Of a stretch of 64,000 nucleotides of DNA, positions 1 to 11,644 are shown piece by piece (position 1 is the stretch's first letter; each line of letters opens with the position of its first letter). The stretch lies in assembly GCF_003019035.1 (NCBI RefSeq), contig NZ_CP027447.1. One strand, written 5' to 3'. This stretch comes from Escherichia coli. GTDB lineage: Bacteria > Pseudomonadota > Gammaproteobacteria > Enterobacterales > Enterobacteriaceae. Position numbers and translations under genes: made by a program. The notes under the pieces were generated by a model, which was not told the origin of the DNA, made no database searches, and worked only from the letters and a program-made list of their open reading frames with translations.

Positions 1-12
1 GTTGCGGGTTTT

Positions 13-735
13 TTAAAAAGGAAAATGAATCAGCTCAACGTCATCCGCCGTGACTTTTACCATTGAACCTTCCGTATGCCAGGCACCCAGCACGACGCGA
101 AAAGCAGGTTGCTGATTGGCGATAAGTTCATGTACCGCCGGGCGATGGGTATGTCCGTGGATCAGCCATTGCACCTGATGTTTTTCCATCGCACTGACCA
201 CCGCGTTTTGGTTAACGTCCATGATCGCCAGCGATTTACTGCTGTTGGCTTCTTTGCTGTTCGCTCGCATTCGCGCGGCAATGCGTTTACGCACAAACAA
301 CGGCAGGGCGAGGAATAGCGTTTGCAGCCAGGGTTTGTGGACTTTGGCGCGAAAAGCCTGATAACCGGCGTCATCGGTGCACAGCGTGTCGCCATGCATA
401 ATCAATACCCGGCGACCATACAGTTCGAGCACCTTTTCTTCCGGCAATAACGTCATGCCGCTTTCACGGGCAAAGCGTTTGCCGAGCAGAAAATCACGGT
501 TGCCATGAATGAAATAACAGGGAACGCCGGAATCGGACACCGCTTTGATCGCTGCCGCCATCTGGCGATGGAGTGGGTTGGGATCGTCGTCGCCAATCCA
601 CGCTTCAAACAGATCGCCAAGAATATACAGCGCGTCGGCATTGCGGGCCTCCCCCGCTAAAAATCGCAGAAAACCGGCGGTGATCGCCGGTTCTTCCACG
701 CAGAGATGAAGATCTGCAATAAAGAGTGTCGCCAC
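13..735 (-). CDS. lpxH: UDP-2,3-diacylglucosamine diphosphatase LpxH
   Basis: 240-aa ORF with GTG start at 733-735. Metallophosphoesterase motifs are present (DLHL, GDLFE, GNRD, HGHTH). Sequence and lpxH-ppiB-cysS synteny match E. coli LpxH. Confidence 0.95.
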   Translation of the reverse strand: MATLFIADLHLCVEEPAITAGFLRFLAGEARNADALYILGDLFEAWIGDDDPNPLHRQMAAAIKAVSDSGVPCYFIHGNRDFLLGKRFARESGMTLLPEEKVLELYGRRVLIMHGDTLCTDDAGYQAFRAKVHKPWLQTLFLALPLFVRKRIAARMRANSKEANSSKSLAIMDVNQNAVVSAMEKHQVQWLIHGHTHRPAVHELIANQQPAFRVVLGAWHTEGSMVKVTADDVELIHFPF

Positions 736-737
736 GA

Positions 738-1232
738 TTACTCGCTAACGGTCACGCTTTCAATGATAACGTCTTCTTTTGGCACGTCCTGGTGCATACC
801 GCTACGACCGGTTGCCACACCTTTGATTTTGTCTACCACGTCCATGCCTTCAACCACTTCAGCAAATACGCAGTAGCCCCAACCTTGCAGGCTTTCGCCA
901 GAGAAGTTCAGGAAGTCGTTATCAACCACGTTGATGAAGAACTGTGCAGTTGCAGAGTGCGGTGCCTGAGTACGGGCCATTGCCAGCGTACCACGGGTAT
1001 TTTTCAGACCGTTGTTGGCTTCGTTTTTGATCGGGTCTTTGGTGGCTTTTTGCTTCATGCCCGGTTCAAAACCGCCGCCCTGAATCATAAAGCCGTTGAT
1101 AACACGGTGGAAAATGGTGTTGTTGTAAAAACCTTCGCGGCAGTAGTCCAGGAAGTTTTTAACTGTTTCAGGTGCTTTATCGTCAAAAGTTTTGATGACA
1201 ATATCGCCGTGATTGGTGTGGAAAGTAACCAT
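738..1232 (-). CDS. ppiB: peptidyl-prolyl cis-trans isomerase B (cyclophilin)
   Basis: 164-aa ORF with cyclophilin signature ([14 protein letters not shown]). The stop lies 2 nt from the lpxH start. Recognised as E. coli PpiB. Confidence 0.96.
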   Translation of the reverse strand: MVTFHTNHGDIVIKTFDDKAPETVKNFLDYCREGFYNNTIFHRVINGFMIQGGGFEPGMKQKATKDPIKNEANNGLKNTRGTLAMARTQAPHSATAQFFINVVDNDFLNFSGESLQGWGYCVFAEVVEGMDVVDKIKGVATGRSGMHQDVPKEDVIIESVTVSE

Positions 1233-1405
1233 TTTTGCATCCTGTTCCGTTTGATTGGTGCTTCAACCCGGTTCGGGTCATATATAGGGTGGTGTTATAG
1301 CATAACCGCACGATCGGATCATCACGCAATGTATGCTGATTCGCGCGGGAAATATGGGTATTATACGCAACTCAATTACCCACACATGTCTAAACGGAAT
1401 CTTCG

Positions 1406-2791
1406 ATGCTAAAAATCTTCAATACTCTGACACGCCAAAAAGAGGAATTTAAGCCTATTCACGCCGGGGAAGTCGGCATGTACGTGTGTGGAATCACCGT
1501 TTACGATCTCTGTCATATCGGTCACGGGCGTACCTTTGTTGCCTTTGACGTGGTTGCGCGCTATCTGCGTTTCCTCGGCTATAAGCTGAAGTATGTGCGC
1601 AACATTACCGATATCGACGACAAAATCATCAAACGCGCCAATGAAAATGGCGAAAGCTTTGTGGCGCTGGTGGATCGCATGATCGACGAAATGCATAAAG
1701 ATTTTGATGCGTTGAACATTTTGCGCCCGGATATGGAGCCGCGCGCGACGCACCATATCGCAGAAATTATTGAACTCACTGAACAACTGATCGCCAAAGG
1801 TCACGCTTATGTGGCGGACAACGGCGACGTGATGTTCGACGTACCGACCGATCCGACCTATGGCGTGCTGTCGCGTCAGGATCTCGACCAGCTGCAGGCA
1901 GGCGCGCGCGTTGACGTGGTCGACGACAAACGCAACCCGATGGACTTCGTTCTGTGGAAGATGTCGAAAGAGGGCGAACCGAGCTGGCCGTCTCCGTGGG
2001 GCGCGGGCCGTCCTGGCTGGCACATTGAGTGTTCGGCAATGAACTGCAAACAGTTGGGTAACCACTTTGATATCCACGGCGGCGGTTCTGACCTGATGTT
2101 CCCGCACCACGAGAACGAAATCGCGCAGTCCACCTGTGCCCATGATGGCCAGTATGTGAACTACTGGATGCACTCGGGGATGGTGATGGTTGACCGCGAG
2201 AAGATGTCCAAATCGCTGGGTAACTTCTTTACCGTGCGCGATGTGCTGAAATACTACGACGCGGAAACCGTGCGTTACTTCCTGATGTCGGGGCACTATC
2301 GCAGCCAGCTGAACTATAGCGAAGAGAACCTGAAGCAGGCGCGTGCGGCGCTGGAGCGTCTCTACACTGCGCTGCGCGGCACAGATAAAACTGTTGCGCC
2401 TGCCGGTGGCGAAGCGTTTGAAGCGCGCTTTATTGAAGCGATGGACGACGATTTCAACACCCCGGAAGCCTATTCCGTGCTGTTTGATATGGCGCGTGAA
2501 GTGAACCGTCTGAAAGCAGAAGATATGGCAGCGGCGAATGCAATGGCATCTCACCTGCGTAAACTTTCCGCCGTATTGGGCCTGCTGGAGCAAGAACCGG
2601 AAGCGTTCCTGCAAAGCGGAGCGCAGGCAGACGACAGCGAAGTGGCTGAGATTGAAGCGTTAATTCAACAGCGTCTGGATGCCCGTAAAGCGAAAGACTG
2701 GGCGGCGGCAGATGCGGCACGTGACCGTCTTAACGAGATGGGGATCGTGCTGGAAGATGGCCCGCAAGGGACCACCTGGCGTCGTAAGTAA
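1406..2791 (+). CDS. cysS: cysteine--tRNA ligase
   Basis: 461-aa ORF with class I aaRS HIGH-type motif (CHIGHGRT) and KMSKS motif. Recognised as E. coli CysS. Confidence 0.97.
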   Translation: MLKIFNTLTRQKEEFKPIHAGEVGMYVCGITVYDLCHIGHGRTFVAFDVVARYLRFLGYKLKYVRNITDIDDKIIKRANENGESFVALVDRMIDEMHKDFDALNILRPDMEPRATHHIAEIIELTEQLIAKGHAYVADNGDVMFDVPTDPTYGVLSRQDLDQLQAGARVDVVDDKRNPMDFVLWKMSKEGEPSWPSPWGAGRPGWHIECSAMNCKQLGNHFDIHGGGSDLMFPHHENEIAQSTCAHDGQYVNYWMHSGMVMVDREKMSKSLGNFFTVRDVLKYYDAETVRYFLMSGHYRSQLNYSEENLKQARAALERLYTALRGTDKTVAPAGGEAFEARFIEAMDDDFNTPEAYSVLFDMAREVNRLKAEDMAAANAMASHLRKLSAVLGLLEQEPEAFLQSGAQADDSEVAEIEALIQQRLDARKAKDWAAADAARDRLNEMGIVLEDGPQGTTWRRK

Positions 2792-2801
2792 TTGCGCTAT
2801 T

Positions 2802-2826
2802 GCCGGATGCGAGTTTTCGCATCCGG
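2802..2826. terminator. GC-rich hairpin between convergent cysS and ybcI (REP-like, probable bidirectional terminator)
   Basis: Arms ccggatgcg (2803-2811) and cgcatccgg (2818-2826) flank a 6-nt loop. The hairpin lies exactly between the cysS stop (2791) and the ybcI stop (2827). Confidence 0.6.
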
Positions 2827-3348
2827 TTATCGTCTGCGCCACCACAACATTCCCATCAGTAGCATCCCCGGCAACCACACCCAGATCAATTCAGAAATAA
2901 TCACCTTGTGCCCGTACGGCGTGGTGTAACGAGACAATGCAAACGGCGCGACTTTGATCACCTGCCAGGGAGCGAAAAAGCGTTCATCTGACCACGGCCA
3001 CAGCCAGCCAACCCCTTTACCGCCAGTGGTTACCGAATCCAGCAAGCTGTGCGATAGCAACGAGACGGTTAAAAACAGCCAGCAGCGAATCAGCCCAGCC
3101 CTGAACCATCGACGTCCAATCAGCACACATAACAGCGGGACAACAAACGCAAACACCAGCGAATGGGTAAACCCGCGATGACCAAAAACATTGCCGTAAG
3201 CAACGCCAAATTTAAACGACAATACGTCGGCATCAGGCAGCATCGCCAGGACGATTCCGGCAAATAACAGGCGCGGAGGGATGACTTTTGAACCCAACCC
3301 TAAACCAATGCAAAGGGGAACGGCGGCGTGCGTAATAACGGTTGGCAT
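2827..3348 (-). CDS. ybcI: inner-membrane metal-dependent hydrolase family protein YbcI (DUF457)
   Basis: 173-aa hydrophobic ORF with several His residues. Position and sequence match E. coli YbcI. Confidence 0.9.
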   Translation of the reverse strand: MPTVITHAAVPLCIGLGLGSKVIPPRLLFAGIVLAMLPDADVLSFKFGVAYGNVFGHRGFTHSLVFAFVVPLLCVLIGRRWFRAGLIRCWLFLTVSLLSHSLLDSVTTGGKGVGWLWPWSDERFFAPWQVIKVAPFALSRYTTPYGHKVIISELIWVWLPGMLLMGMLWWRRR

Positions 3349-3412
3349 GATGGTCGCTTCGGCAAAATGTCGATGCTATCAGCATGGATGAACGGGGCGT
3401 AGAGGGCAACAG

Positions 3413-3447
3413 TCTGAAAAGAGAACCGGCCTGTTGTTACAGGCCGG
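3413..3447 (-). terminator. Rho-independent terminator downstream of folD-ybcJ
   Basis: Arms ccggcctg (3426-3433) and caggccgg (3440-3447) flank a 6-nt loop. On the minus strand the hairpin is followed by a T-rich run (ttctctttt). It sits 9 nt after the ybcJ stop. Confidence 0.65.
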
Positions 3448-3455
3448 GAAAGGGA

Positions 3456-3668
3456 TCAGGCAACAACCTGTACGCTGTGACCTGCAAAACTCACTGTCTG
3501 CCCGGCGACGATTTTGCAGCGTTTGCGCGTTTCAACCGCACCGTCGACTTTCACCTGGCCTTCGGCAATCGCGATTTTCGCCTGCGCGCCGCTTTCGCTC
3601 CAGCCTTCCAGTTTCAGCAAGTCGCACAGCTCAACGTGCGGATGTTTACCTAAAGAAAATGTCGCCAT
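3456..3668 (-). CDS. ybcJ: S4-like RNA-binding protein YbcJ
   Basis: The ORF track gives 88 aa. I chose the internal ATG at 3666-3668 (MATFSLGK...), which gives the 70-aa K-12 length and places the start 1 nt after the folD stop. Confidence 0.85.
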   Translation of the reverse strand: MATFSLGKHPHVELCDLLKLEGWSESGAQAKIAIAEGQVKVDGAVETRKRCKIVAGQTVSFAGHSVQVVA

Positions 3669-3669
3669 G

Positions 3670-4536
3670 TTACTCACCCTGTGGATCATGATATTCAACG
3701 CACGCCTGTAGCGTGTTTTCAATCAGCGTGGCAACCGTCATCGGGCCAACGCCGCCCGGAACAGGCGTAATGTATGAGGCGCGTTTAGCCGCGTCTTCAA
3801 ACACGACGTCGCCCACAACTTTGCCATTTTCCAGACGGTTGATGCCGACATCAATCACAATTGCGCCTTCTTTGATCCAGTCACCAGGAATAAAGCCCGG
3901 CTTGCCGACGGCAACGATCAGTAGATCGGCATTTTCTACGTGGTGACGCAGATTTTTAGTGAAACGGTGAGTCACGGTGGTGGTGCAACCTGCCAGTAGC
4001 AGTTCCATGCTCATCGGGCGGCCAACGATATTCGATGCGCCAATCACCACGGCGTTGAGGCCGAAGGTATCAATGTTGTAACGCTCAAGCAGCGTGACAA
4101 TACCGCGCGGGGTGCAGGGACGCAGACGCGGCGCGCGCTGGCACAGGCGACCGACGTTATAAGGATGGAAACCGTCTACGTCTTTGTCCGGGTGTATACG
4201 TTCCAGCACTTTGACGTTATCAATACCCGCCGGTAACGGCAGTTGAACCAGAATGCCATCAATGGTGTTGTCGGCATTCAGCGTATCGATAAGCTCCAGC
4301 AGCTCCGCTTCGCTGGTGGTTTCCGGGAGGTCATAAGAGCGGGAGACGAACCCGACTTCTTCACAAGCCTTGCGTTTGCTTGCGACATAAATTTGCGATG
4401 CAGGGTTACTACCCACCAGCACAACGGCCAGTCCTGGTGCCCGCAGTCCGGCTGCAATACGCGCCTGAACTTTTTGAGCAACTTCAGAGCGCACCTGCTG
4501 CGCAATCGTTTTACCGTCAATAATCTTTGCTGCCAT
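3670..4536 (-). CDS. folD: bifunctional methylenetetrahydrofolate dehydrogenase / methenyl-THF cyclohydrolase
   Basis: 288-aa ORF recognised as E. coli FolD, with the NADP-binding GxSxxVGxP region (GASNIVGRP). Confidence 0.97.
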   Translation of the reverse strand: MAAKIIDGKTIAQQVRSEVAQKVQARIAAGLRAPGLAVVLVGSNPASQIYVASKRKACEEVGFVSRSYDLPETTSEAELLELIDTLNADNTIDGILVQLPLPAGIDNVKVLERIHPDKDVDGFHPYNVGRLCQRAPRLRPCTPRGIVTLLERYNIDTFGLNAVVIGASNIVGRPMSMELLLAGCTTTVTHRFTKNLRHHVENADLLIVAVGKPGFIPGDWIKEGAIVIDVGINRLENGKVVGDVVFEDAAKRASYITPVPGGVGPMTVATLIENTLQACVEYHDPQGE

Positions 4537-5007
4537 CAGAGAGAGGATTCCATCTGTTACGTAGGTCGAAGGGGATGCGCCTATTTTGTCAGAAGCGGGG
4601 CGCGCTGTCAGGTTTCGTTTCAGATTTATCGCGTGAAGCGACCTCTTGCGAAGGTGAGGCGCACCGTCGCTGAGATTGAAAGCTTCATTTTTCGTCCATG
4701 ATGACGTTGTAAATCTGGAACTGATTTATTTCCTTGTCTAAGGATTAAGATAATTTAAGAAATACCTGACAATATAAAAAGAATTTTCAGCCTGGTAATT
4801 TACCGCTTCAGGTCTATATTTGTGTTGAATATATTTTGCGCGGAAATATTCATCTAACGGGGCTCTCTATTTTTTAGAATAGAGTGCATATTTTCAATTA
4901 AGACATTCTTAGAGGATAAAAAGGAATTTTACTACTATCAGTGTCTTAAATAAAGTAATCGGTTATATACGGATGTGGAGTCGATAAATGAGATTGAAGG
5001 AATATAT

Positions 5008-5550
5008 ATGAAATTAAGATTTATTTCGTCTGCGCTGGCCGCCGCACTATTCGCCGCTACGGGTAGTTATGCTGCCGTTGTAGATGGCGGTACAATTCAC
5101 TTTGAAGGCGAACTGGTGAATGCTGCCTGTTCAGTGAATACTGACTCGGCAGACCAGGTTGTCACACTCGGTCAATATCGTACCGATATTTTCAATGCTG
5201 TTGGTAATACCTCTGCATTAATTCCATTCACTATACAGTTGAACGACTGCGATCCTGTCGTTGCCGCTAATGCTGCCGTTGCATTTTCTGGTCAGGCGGA
5301 TGCAATCAATGATAATTTATTGGCCATTGCATCCAGTACTAATACAACAACAGCAACGGGTGTCGGTATTGAAATACTTGATAATACATCCGCAATTCTC
5401 AAACCTGATGGGAATAGCTTCTCAACCAACCAGAACTTGATCCCCGGGACCAACGTTCTTCATTTTTCTGCACGTTATAAAGGCACCGGTACAAGTGCAT
5501 CAGCAGGGCAAGCAAATGCTGACGCGACTTTTATTATGAGATACGAATAA
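5008..5550 (+). CDS. sfmA: type 1-like fimbrial major subunit SfmA
   Basis: The ATG at 5008 ([16 protein letters not shown]...) gives 180 aa with a signal peptide, the fimbrial Cys pair and a C-terminal beta-strand motif. An AT-rich upstream region is typical of fimbrial promoters. Confidence 0.92.
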   Translation: MKLRFISSALAAALFAATGSYAAVVDGGTIHFEGELVNAACSVNTDSADQVVTLGQYRTDIFNAVGNTSALIPFTIQLNDCDPVVAANAAVAFSGQADAINDNLLAIASSTNTTTATGVGIEILDNTSAILKPDGNSFSTNQNLIPGTNVLHFSARYKGTGTSASAGQANADATFIMRYE

Positions 5551-5570
5551 TCAAAACCACGTTGTTTTGA
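5551..5570 (+). terminator. possible intra-operon attenuator hairpin after the major pilin gene
   Basis: Arms tcaaaac and gttttga flank a 6-nt loop immediately after the sfmA stop. The stem is weak and there is no clean U-run. Confidence 0.3.
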
Positions 5571-5768
5571 ATTATATATCACGTCTTATAACAAAGTAAT
5601 GTACCGGTTGTCTGAAGCGGTATGGTGGCAATGTAAATCGAAATCACGTTCACTTTGTATCATGCCGCTTTATTAAATGAAAAGGGAATGATGTGTGTAA
5701 GAAACCAAAGCAATCATTTCTTTATACTCCTTATTTTTGCCGTCAGGAATACACAAGGCGTATTAACT

Positions 5769-6461
5769 ATGATGACTAAAATAAAGTTATTGATGCTCAT
5801 TATATTTTATTTAATCATTTCGACCAGCGCCCATGCTGCCGGAGGGATCGCATTAGGTGCCACGCGTATTATTTATCCCGCTGATGCTAAACAGACTGCG
5901 GTATGGATTAGAAATAGCCATACCAATGAGCGCTTTCTGGTCAATTCGTGGATTGAAAACAGCAGCGGTGTAAAAGAAAAGTCATTCATCATTACACCGC
6001 CACTGTTTGTTAGTGAACCCAAAAGCGAAAATACTTTGCGTATTATTTACACCGGTCCACCGCTGGCGGCAGATCGTGAGTCTCTGTTCTGGATGAATGT
6101 TAAGACGATCCCTTCGGTAGATAAAAATGCATTGAACGGCAGGAATGTTTTGCAACTGGCGATTTTATCGCGCATGAAATTATTTCTCCGTCCAATTCAA
6201 TTACAAGAATTACCCGCAGAAGCGCCGGACACACTCAAGTTTTCGCGATCCGGTAACTATATCAATGTTCATAATCCATCACCTTTTTATGTCACCCTGG
6301 TTAACTTGCAAGTGGGCAGCCAAAAACTGGGGAATGCTATGGCTGCACCCAGAGTTAATTCACAAATTCCCTTACCCTCAGGAGTGCAGGGAAAGCTGAA
6401 ATTTCAGACCGTTAATGATTATGGTTCAGTAACCCCGGTCAGAGAAGTGAACTTAAACTAA
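5769..6461 (+). CDS. sfmC: periplasmic fimbrial chaperone SfmC (PapD family)
   Basis: The internal start MMTKIKLL... at 5769 gives 230 aa with a signal peptide. PapD-like chaperone sequence sits between the pilin and usher genes. Confidence 0.92.
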   Translation: MMTKIKLLMLIIFYLIISTSAHAAGGIALGATRIIYPADAKQTAVWIRNSHTNERFLVNSWIENSSGVKEKSFIITPPLFVSEPKSENTLRIIYTGPPLAADRESLFWMNVKTIPSVDKNALNGRNVLQLAILSRMKLFLRPIQLQELPAEAPDTLKFSRSGNYINVHNPSPFYVTLVNLQVGSQKLGNAMAAPRVNSQIPLPSGVQGKLKFQTVNDYGSVTPVREVNLN

Positions 6462-6491
6462 CCGAATCATCTGACAATATCAGAGCTAATT

Positions 6492-9101
6492 ATGAAAATA
6501 CCCACTACTACGGATATTCCGCAGAGGTATACCTGGTGTCTGGCCGGAATTTGTTATTCATCTCTTGCCATTTTACCCTCCTTTTTAAGCTATGCGGAAA
6601 GTTATTTCAACCCGGCATTTTTATTAGAGAATGGCACATCCGTTGCTGATTTATCGCGCTTTGAGAGAGGTAATCATCAACCTGCGGGCGTGTATCGGGT
6701 GGATCTCTGGCGTAATGATGAGTTCATTGGTTCACAGGATATCGTATTTGAATCGACGACAGTAAATACAGGTGATAAATCAGGTGGGTTAATGCCTTGT
6801 TTTAACCAGGCACTCCTTGAACGAATTGGCCTTAATAGCAGTGCATTCCCCGAGTTAGCCCAGCAGCAAAATAATAAATGCATTAATTTACTGAAAGCTG
6901 TACCTGATGCCACAATTAACTTTGATTTTGCAGCGATGCGCCTGAACATCACTATTCCTCAGATAGCGTTGTTGAGTAGCGCTCACGGTTACATTCCGCC
7001 TGAAGAGTGGGATGAAGGTATTCCTGCTTTACTCCTGAATTATAATTTCACCGGTAACAGAGGTAATGGTAACGATAGCTATTTTTTTAGTGAACTCAGC
7101 GGGATTAATATTGGCCCGTGGCGTTTACGCAACAATGGTTCCTGGAACTATTTTCGCGGAAATGGATATCATTCAGAACAGTGGAATAATATTGGCACCT
7201 GGGTACAGCGCGCCATTATTCCGCTGAAAAGTGAACTGGTAATGGGAGACGGTAATACAGGGAGTGATATTTTCGATGGCGTTGGATTTCGAGGTGTACG
7301 GCTTTATTCTTCCGATAATATGTATCCTGATAGCCAGCAGGGGTTTGCTCCAACGGTACGTGGGATTGCCCGTACGGCGGCCCAGCTAACGATTCGGCAA
7401 AATGGTTTTATTATCTATCAAAGCTATGTTTCCCCCGGCGCTTTTGAAATTACAGATTTGCACCCGACATCTTCAAATGGCGATCTGGACGTCACCATCG
7501 ACGAGCGCGATGGTAATCAGCAGAATTACACGATTCCGTATTCAACAGTGCCAATTTTACAACGCGAAGGGCGTTTCAAATTTGACCTGACGGCGGGCGA
7601 TTTTCGTAGCGGTAATAGTCAGCAATCGTCGCCTTTCTTTTTTCAGGGCACGGCACTCGGCGGTTTACCACAGGAATTTACTGCCTACGGCGGGACGCAA
7701 TTATCTGCCAATTACACCGCCTTTTTGTTAGGGCTGGGGCGCAACCTCGGGAACTGGGGCGCAGTGTCGCTGGATGTAACGCATGCGCGCAGTCAGTTAG
7801 CCGACGACAGTCGTCATGAGGGGGATTCCATTCGCTTCCTCTATGCGAAATCAATGAACACTTTCGGCACCAATTTTCAGTTAATGGGTTACCGCTATTC
7901 GACACAAGGTTTTTATACCCTTGATGATGTTGCGTATCGTCGAATGGAGGGGTACGAATATGATTACGATTATGACGGTGAGCATCGCGATGAACCGATA
8001 ATCGTGAATTACCACAATTTACGCTTTAGTCGTAAAGACCGTTTGCAGTTAAATATTTCACAATCACTTAATGACTTTGGCTCGCTTTATATTTCTGGTA
8101 CCCATCAAAAATACTGGAATACTTCGGATTCAGATACCTGGTATCAGGTGGGGTATACCAGCAGCTGGGTTGGCATCAGTTATTCACTCTCATTTTCGTG
8201 GAATGAATCTGTAGGGATCCCCGATAACGAACGTATTGTCGGACTTAATGTTTCAGTGCCTTTCAATGTTCTGACCAAACGTCGCTACACCCGGGAAAAT
8301 GCGCTCGACCGCGCTTATGCCTCCTTTAACGCCAACCGTAACAGCAACGGGCAAAATAGCTGGCTGGCAGGCGTTGGTGGGACCTTACTGGAAGGCCACA
8401 ACCTGAGTTATCACGTAAGCCAGGGCGATACCTCGAATAATGGGTATACGGGCAGCGCCACGGCAAACTGGCAGGCCGCTTACGGTACGCTGGGGGTCGG
8501 GTATAACTACGACCGCGATCAACATGACGTTAACTGGCAGCTGTCTGGCGGTGTGGTCGGGCATGAAAATGGTATAACGCTGAGCCAGCCTTTAGGGGAT
8601 ACCAATGTTTTGATTAAAGCGCCAGGCGCAGGCGGTGTACGCATTGAAAATCAAACTGGAATTTTAACCGACTGGCGCGGCTATGCGGTGATGCCGTATG
8701 CCACGGTTTATCGGTATAACCGTATCGCGCTTGATACCAATACGATGGGGAATTCCATCGATGTTGAAAAAAATATTAGCAGCGTTGTGCCGACGCAAGG
8801 CGCATTGGTTCGTGCCAATTTTGATACCCGCATAGGCGTGCGGGCGCTCATTACCGTTACCCAGGGCGGAAAACCGGTGCCGTTTGGATCACTGGTACGG
8901 GAAAACAGTACCGGAATAACCAGTATGGTGGGTGATGACGGGCAAGTTTATTTAAGCGGTGCGCCATTGTCTGGTGAATTACTGGTTCAGTGGGGAGACG
9001 GCGCGAACTCACGCTGCATTGCGCACTATGTATTGCCGAAGCAAAGCTTACAGCAAGCCGTCACTGTTATTTCGGCAGTTTGCACACATCCTGGCTCATA
9101 A
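6492..9101 (+). CDS. sfmD: fimbrial outer-membrane usher SfmD
   Basis: 869-aa ORF with usher-family length and sequence, positioned after the chaperone gene. Confidence 0.94.
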   Translation: MKIPTTTDIPQRYTWCLAGICYSSLAILPSFLSYAESYFNPAFLLENGTSVADLSRFERGNHQPAGVYRVDLWRNDEFIGSQDIVFESTTVNTGDKSGGLMPCFNQALLERIGLNSSAFPELAQQQNNKCINLLKAVPDATINFDFAAMRLNITIPQIALLSSAHGYIPPEEWDEGIPALLLNYNFTGNRGNGNDSYFFSELSGINIGPWRLRNNGSWNYFRGNGYHSEQWNNIGTWVQRAIIPLKSELVMGDGNTGSDIFDGVGFRGVRLYSSDNMYPDSQQGFAPTVRGIARTAAQLTIRQNGFIIYQSYVSPGAFEITDLHPTSSNGDLDVTIDERDGNQQNYTIPYSTVPILQREGRFKFDLTAGDFRSGNSQQSSPFFFQGTALGGLPQEFTAYGGTQLSANYTAFLLGLGRNLGNWGAVSLDVTHARSQLADDSRHEGDSIRFLYAKSMNTFGTNFQLMGYRYSTQGFYTLDDVAYRRMEGYEYDYDYDGEHRDEPIIVNYHNLRFSRKDRLQLNISQSLNDFGSLYISGTHQKYWNTSDSDTWYQVGYTSSWVGISYSLSFSWNESVGIPDNERIVGLNVSVPFNVLTKRRYTRENALDRAYASFNANRNSNGQNSWLAGVGGTLLEGHNLSYHVSQGDTSNNGYTGSATANWQAAYGTLGVGYNYDRDQHDVNWQLSGGVVGHENGITLSQPLGDTNVLIKAPGAGGVRIENQTGILTDWRGYAVMPYATVYRYNRIALDTNTMGNSIDVEKNISSVVPTQGALVRANFDTRIGVRALITVTQGGKPVPFGSLVRENSTGITSMVGDDGQVYLSGAPLSGELLVQWGDGANSRCIAHYVLPKQSLQQAVTVISAVCTHPGS

Positions 9102-9113
9102 AGGAAATTATCA

Positions 9114-10121
9114 ATGAAGATAATCTGCAGATTATTATTGGCAATGGCATGTTTGTGTCTAGCAAACATATCCTGGGCTACTGTTTGTGCAAATAGTACT
9201 GGCGTAGCAGAAGATGAACACTATGATCTCTCAAATGTCTTTAATAGCACCAATAACCAGCTAGGCCAGATTGTTGTTTTACCGGAAAAATCCGGCTGGG
9301 TAGGTGTATCAGCAATTTGTCCACCCGGCACGCTGGTGAATTATACATACCGTAGTTATGTCACCAACTTTATTGTTCAGGAAACTATCGATAATTATAA
9401 ATATATGCAATTAAATGATTATCTATTAGGTGCGATGAGTCTGGTTGATAGCGTGATGGATATTCAATTCCCCCCGCAAAATTATATTCGTATGGGAACA
9501 GATCCTAACGTTTCGCAAAACCTTCCGTTCGGGGTGATGGATTCTCGTTTGATATTTCGTTTAAAGGTTATTCGTCCCTTTATTAACATGGTGGAGATCC
9601 CCAGACAGGTGATGTTTACCGTGTATGTGACATCAACGCCTAACGATCCGTTGGTTACACCTGTTTATACCATTAGTTTTGGTGGCCGGGTTGAAGTACC
9701 GCAAAACTGCGAATTAAATGCCGGGCAAATTGTTGAATTTGATTTTGGTGATATCGGCGCATCGTTATTTAGTGCGGCAGGGCCGGGGAATCGACCAGCT
9801 GGTGTCATGCCGCAAACCAAGAGCATTGCGATCAAATGTACGAATGTTGCTGCGCAGGCTTATTTAACAATGCGTCTGGAAGCCAGTGCCGTTTCTGGTC
9901 AGGCGATGGTGTCGGACAATCAGGATTTAGGTTTTATTGTGGCCGATCAGAACGATACGCCGATCACGCCTAACGATCTCAATAGCGTTATTCCTTTCCG
10001 TCTGGATGCAGCTGCGGCAGCCAATGTCACACTTCGCGCCTGGCCTATCAGTATTACCGGTCAAAAACCGACCGAAGGGCCGTTTAGCGCGCTGGGGTAT
10101 TTACGCGTCGATTATCAATGA
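9114..10121 (+). CDS. sfmH: fimbrial adhesin-like subunit SfmH
   Basis: 335-aa ORF with a signal peptide and two-domain size (FimH-like), positioned after the usher gene. Confidence 0.88.
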   Translation: MKIICRLLLAMACLCLANISWATVCANSTGVAEDEHYDLSNVFNSTNNQLGQIVVLPEKSGWVGVSAICPPGTLVNYTYRSYVTNFIVQETIDNYKYMQLNDYLLGAMSLVDSVMDIQFPPQNYIRMGTDPNVSQNLPFGVMDSRLIFRLKVIRPFINMVEIPRQVMFTVYVTSTPNDPLVTPVYTISFGGRVEVPQNCELNAGQIVEFDFGDIGASLFSAAGPGNRPAGVMPQTKSIAIKCTNVAAQAYLTMRLEASAVSGQAMVSDNQDLGFIVADQNDTPITPNDLNSVIPFRLDAAAAANVTLRAWPISITGQKPTEGPFSALGYLRVDYQ

Positions 10122-10131
10122 GGTACGGAGA

Positions 10132-10647
10132 ATGAGAAGAGTACTCTTTAGCTGTTTCTGCGGGCTACTGTGGAGTTCCAGTGGATGGGCAGTTGACCCT
10201 TTAGGAACGATTAATATCAATTTGCACGGTAACGTTGTTGATTTCTCCTGTACCGTAAACACAGCGGATAAGGATAAGACGGTAGATTTAGGCAGATGGC
10301 CTACGACACAATTACTGAGCGCTGGCGATACCACGGCACTCGTCCCTTTTAGCCTGCGGCTGGAGGGATGTCCTCCGGGTTCAGTTGCGATTTTATTTAC
10401 GGGAACGCCGGCATCTGATGCCAACCTGCTGGCTCTGGATGATCCCGCAATGGCACAAACCGTCGCCATCGAATTACGTAATAGCGATCGCTCCCGGCTC
10501 GCACTGGGGGAGGCGAGCTCGACTGAGGAAGTTGATGCAAATGGCAATGTCACACTAAACTTTTTTGCCAATTATCGAGCGTTAGCCAGCGGTGTTCAGC
10601 CTGGTGTGGCGAAAGCGGATGCGATATTTATGATCAATTATAATTAA
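10132..10647 (+). CDS. sfmF: minor fimbrial subunit SfmF
   Basis: The ATG at 10132 (MRRVLFSCFCGLLWSS...), preceded by GGAG, gives 171 aa with pilin-like features. The ORF-track start at 9937 lies inside sfmH. Confidence 0.9.
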   Translation: MRRVLFSCFCGLLWSSSGWAVDPLGTININLHGNVVDFSCTVNTADKDKTVDLGRWPTTQLLSAGDTTALVPFSLRLEGCPPGSVAILFTGTPASDANLLALDDPAMAQTVAIELRNSDRSRLALGEASSTEEVDANGNVTLNFFANYRALASGVQPGVAKADAIFMINYN

Positions 10648-10649
10648 TA

Positions 10650-11282
10650 TTATATTAATTCATATAATTTGGCGTAGTCGATAAGCTCTACAATTGAATG
10701 CAAACCTAGCTTGCCATAAATATTAGATTTATGTGCACTAACTGTTTTATTGCTAAGTAATAACTTATCGGCAATTTCTTTATTAGATAATCCGCTAACC
10801 AGATAACGTAATATGGTTACTTCACGATTAGATAGCACAGTGACCGTTGAACTATTCGTACTACATTTATTGCTTTTTATATAGTTGAGCGTTTCGCTGG
10901 GAAAAAAAGTGTATCCGGAGAGAATCATCTGAACGGCATGAAAAATATCATTCTGATCATTGCATTTACTGACAAAACCGTTAGCACCAGCTTGTATCGC
11001 TCTGCCAGCATAAAAGCATTCTGATTTCGATGATAAAAATAATACTTTCACTGTACTCTGAATTTGTTTGATCCTTTTTAGGAAGGTAAAACCGTCTGTA
11101 CCGGGCAAGTCTATATCCATAATGATTAAATCAACAGGACGGGTTCGGAGATAATCGATGGTTATGCGGTAATCATCCGTTTTCAGGACAATCTGCAATT
11201 CACTGTTTTTTTGCAACAGAACTTCAATAGACATTCTGATGATAGGATGAGTATCCATAATGATCACCGACGTTGGTTTCAT
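10650..11282 (-). CDS. fimZ: LuxR/FixJ-family response regulator FimZ
   Basis: The start MKPTSVIIMD... gives 210 aa with a receiver domain (DLIIMDIDLPGTDG) and a C-terminal LuxR HTH. Recognised as FimZ. Confidence 0.93.
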   Translation of the reverse strand: MKPTSVIIMDTHPIIRMSIEVLLQKNSELQIVLKTDDYRITIDYLRTRPVDLIIMDIDLPGTDGFTFLKRIKQIQSTVKVLFLSSKSECFYAGRAIQAGANGFVSKCNDQNDIFHAVQMILSGYTFFPSETLNYIKSNKCSTNSSTVTVLSNREVTILRYLVSGLSNKEIADKLLLSNKTVSAHKSNIYGKLGLHSIVELIDYAKLYELI

Positions 11283-11464
11283 AGTTACCAGTCTCATTGG
11301 ATCGGACAATTTTCCGTTAGGGCGGTAAATTGTACTTGATACATGAAAATACGGGTTTTCCTGATTCAGACGCGCAGCGGTGTGCGTTTGTTTGCCGCTA
11401 TAACGAAATAAATCAGAAAATCAGACGCGGTCGTTCACTTGTTCAGCAACCAGATCAAAAGCCA

Positions 11465-11492
11465 TTGACTCAGCAAGGGTTGACCGTATAAT
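11465..11492 (+). promoter_or_regulatory. probable sigma70 promoter of argU
   Basis: TTGACT (11465-11470), a 16-nt spacer, then TATAAT (11487-11492), about 30 nt upstream of the tRNA 5' end. Confidence 0.6.
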
Positions 11493-11523
11493 TCACGCGA
11501 TTACACCGCATTGCGGTATCAAC

Positions 11524-11600
11524 GCGCCCTTAGCTCAGTTGGATAGAGCAACGACCTTCTAAGTCGTGGGCCGCAGGTTCGAATCCTGCAGGGCGCGCCA
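11524..11600 (+). tRNA. argU: tRNA-Arg (anticodon UCU)
   Basis: 77-nt sequence GCGCCCTTAGCTCAGTTGGATAGAGCAACGACCTTCTAAGTCGTGGGCCGCAGGTTCGAATCCTGCAGGGCGCGCCA. It folds as a cloverleaf with a TCT anticodon, a GTTCGAATC T-loop and an encoded CCA end. Confidence 0.97.
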
Positions 11601-11644
11601 TTTCTTCTTCATTTAATCCCGTCTTATCCGTTCCGCTTTGCTCT

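Noticed and set aside
1409-2614. 401-aa ORF antisense to cysS. Similar long antisense ORFs include 26888-28429 (513 aa, opposite vgrG), 23929-24966 (345 aa, opposite rhs), 33994-34692, 35257-35790, 36535-37038, 61039-61683 and 62132-62722.
   Set aside because: All lie entirely inside well-supported genes on the opposite strand. Their compositions are Arg/His/Val-rich and low-complexity, as expected of shadow frames of GC-rich, codon-biased genes. None has an SD or a recognisable domain.
7951-7986. The Y-E-Y-D-Y-D-Y-D run in SfmD (tatgattacgattatgac), which may be one YD unit longer than in K-12 and would explain 869 versus the 867 aa I recall.
   Set aside because: The DNA units are not identical, so this is not a clean microsatellite. 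My memory of the K-12 length is not firm, and a 2-aa difference in a surface loop of a cryptic usher is unremarkable.
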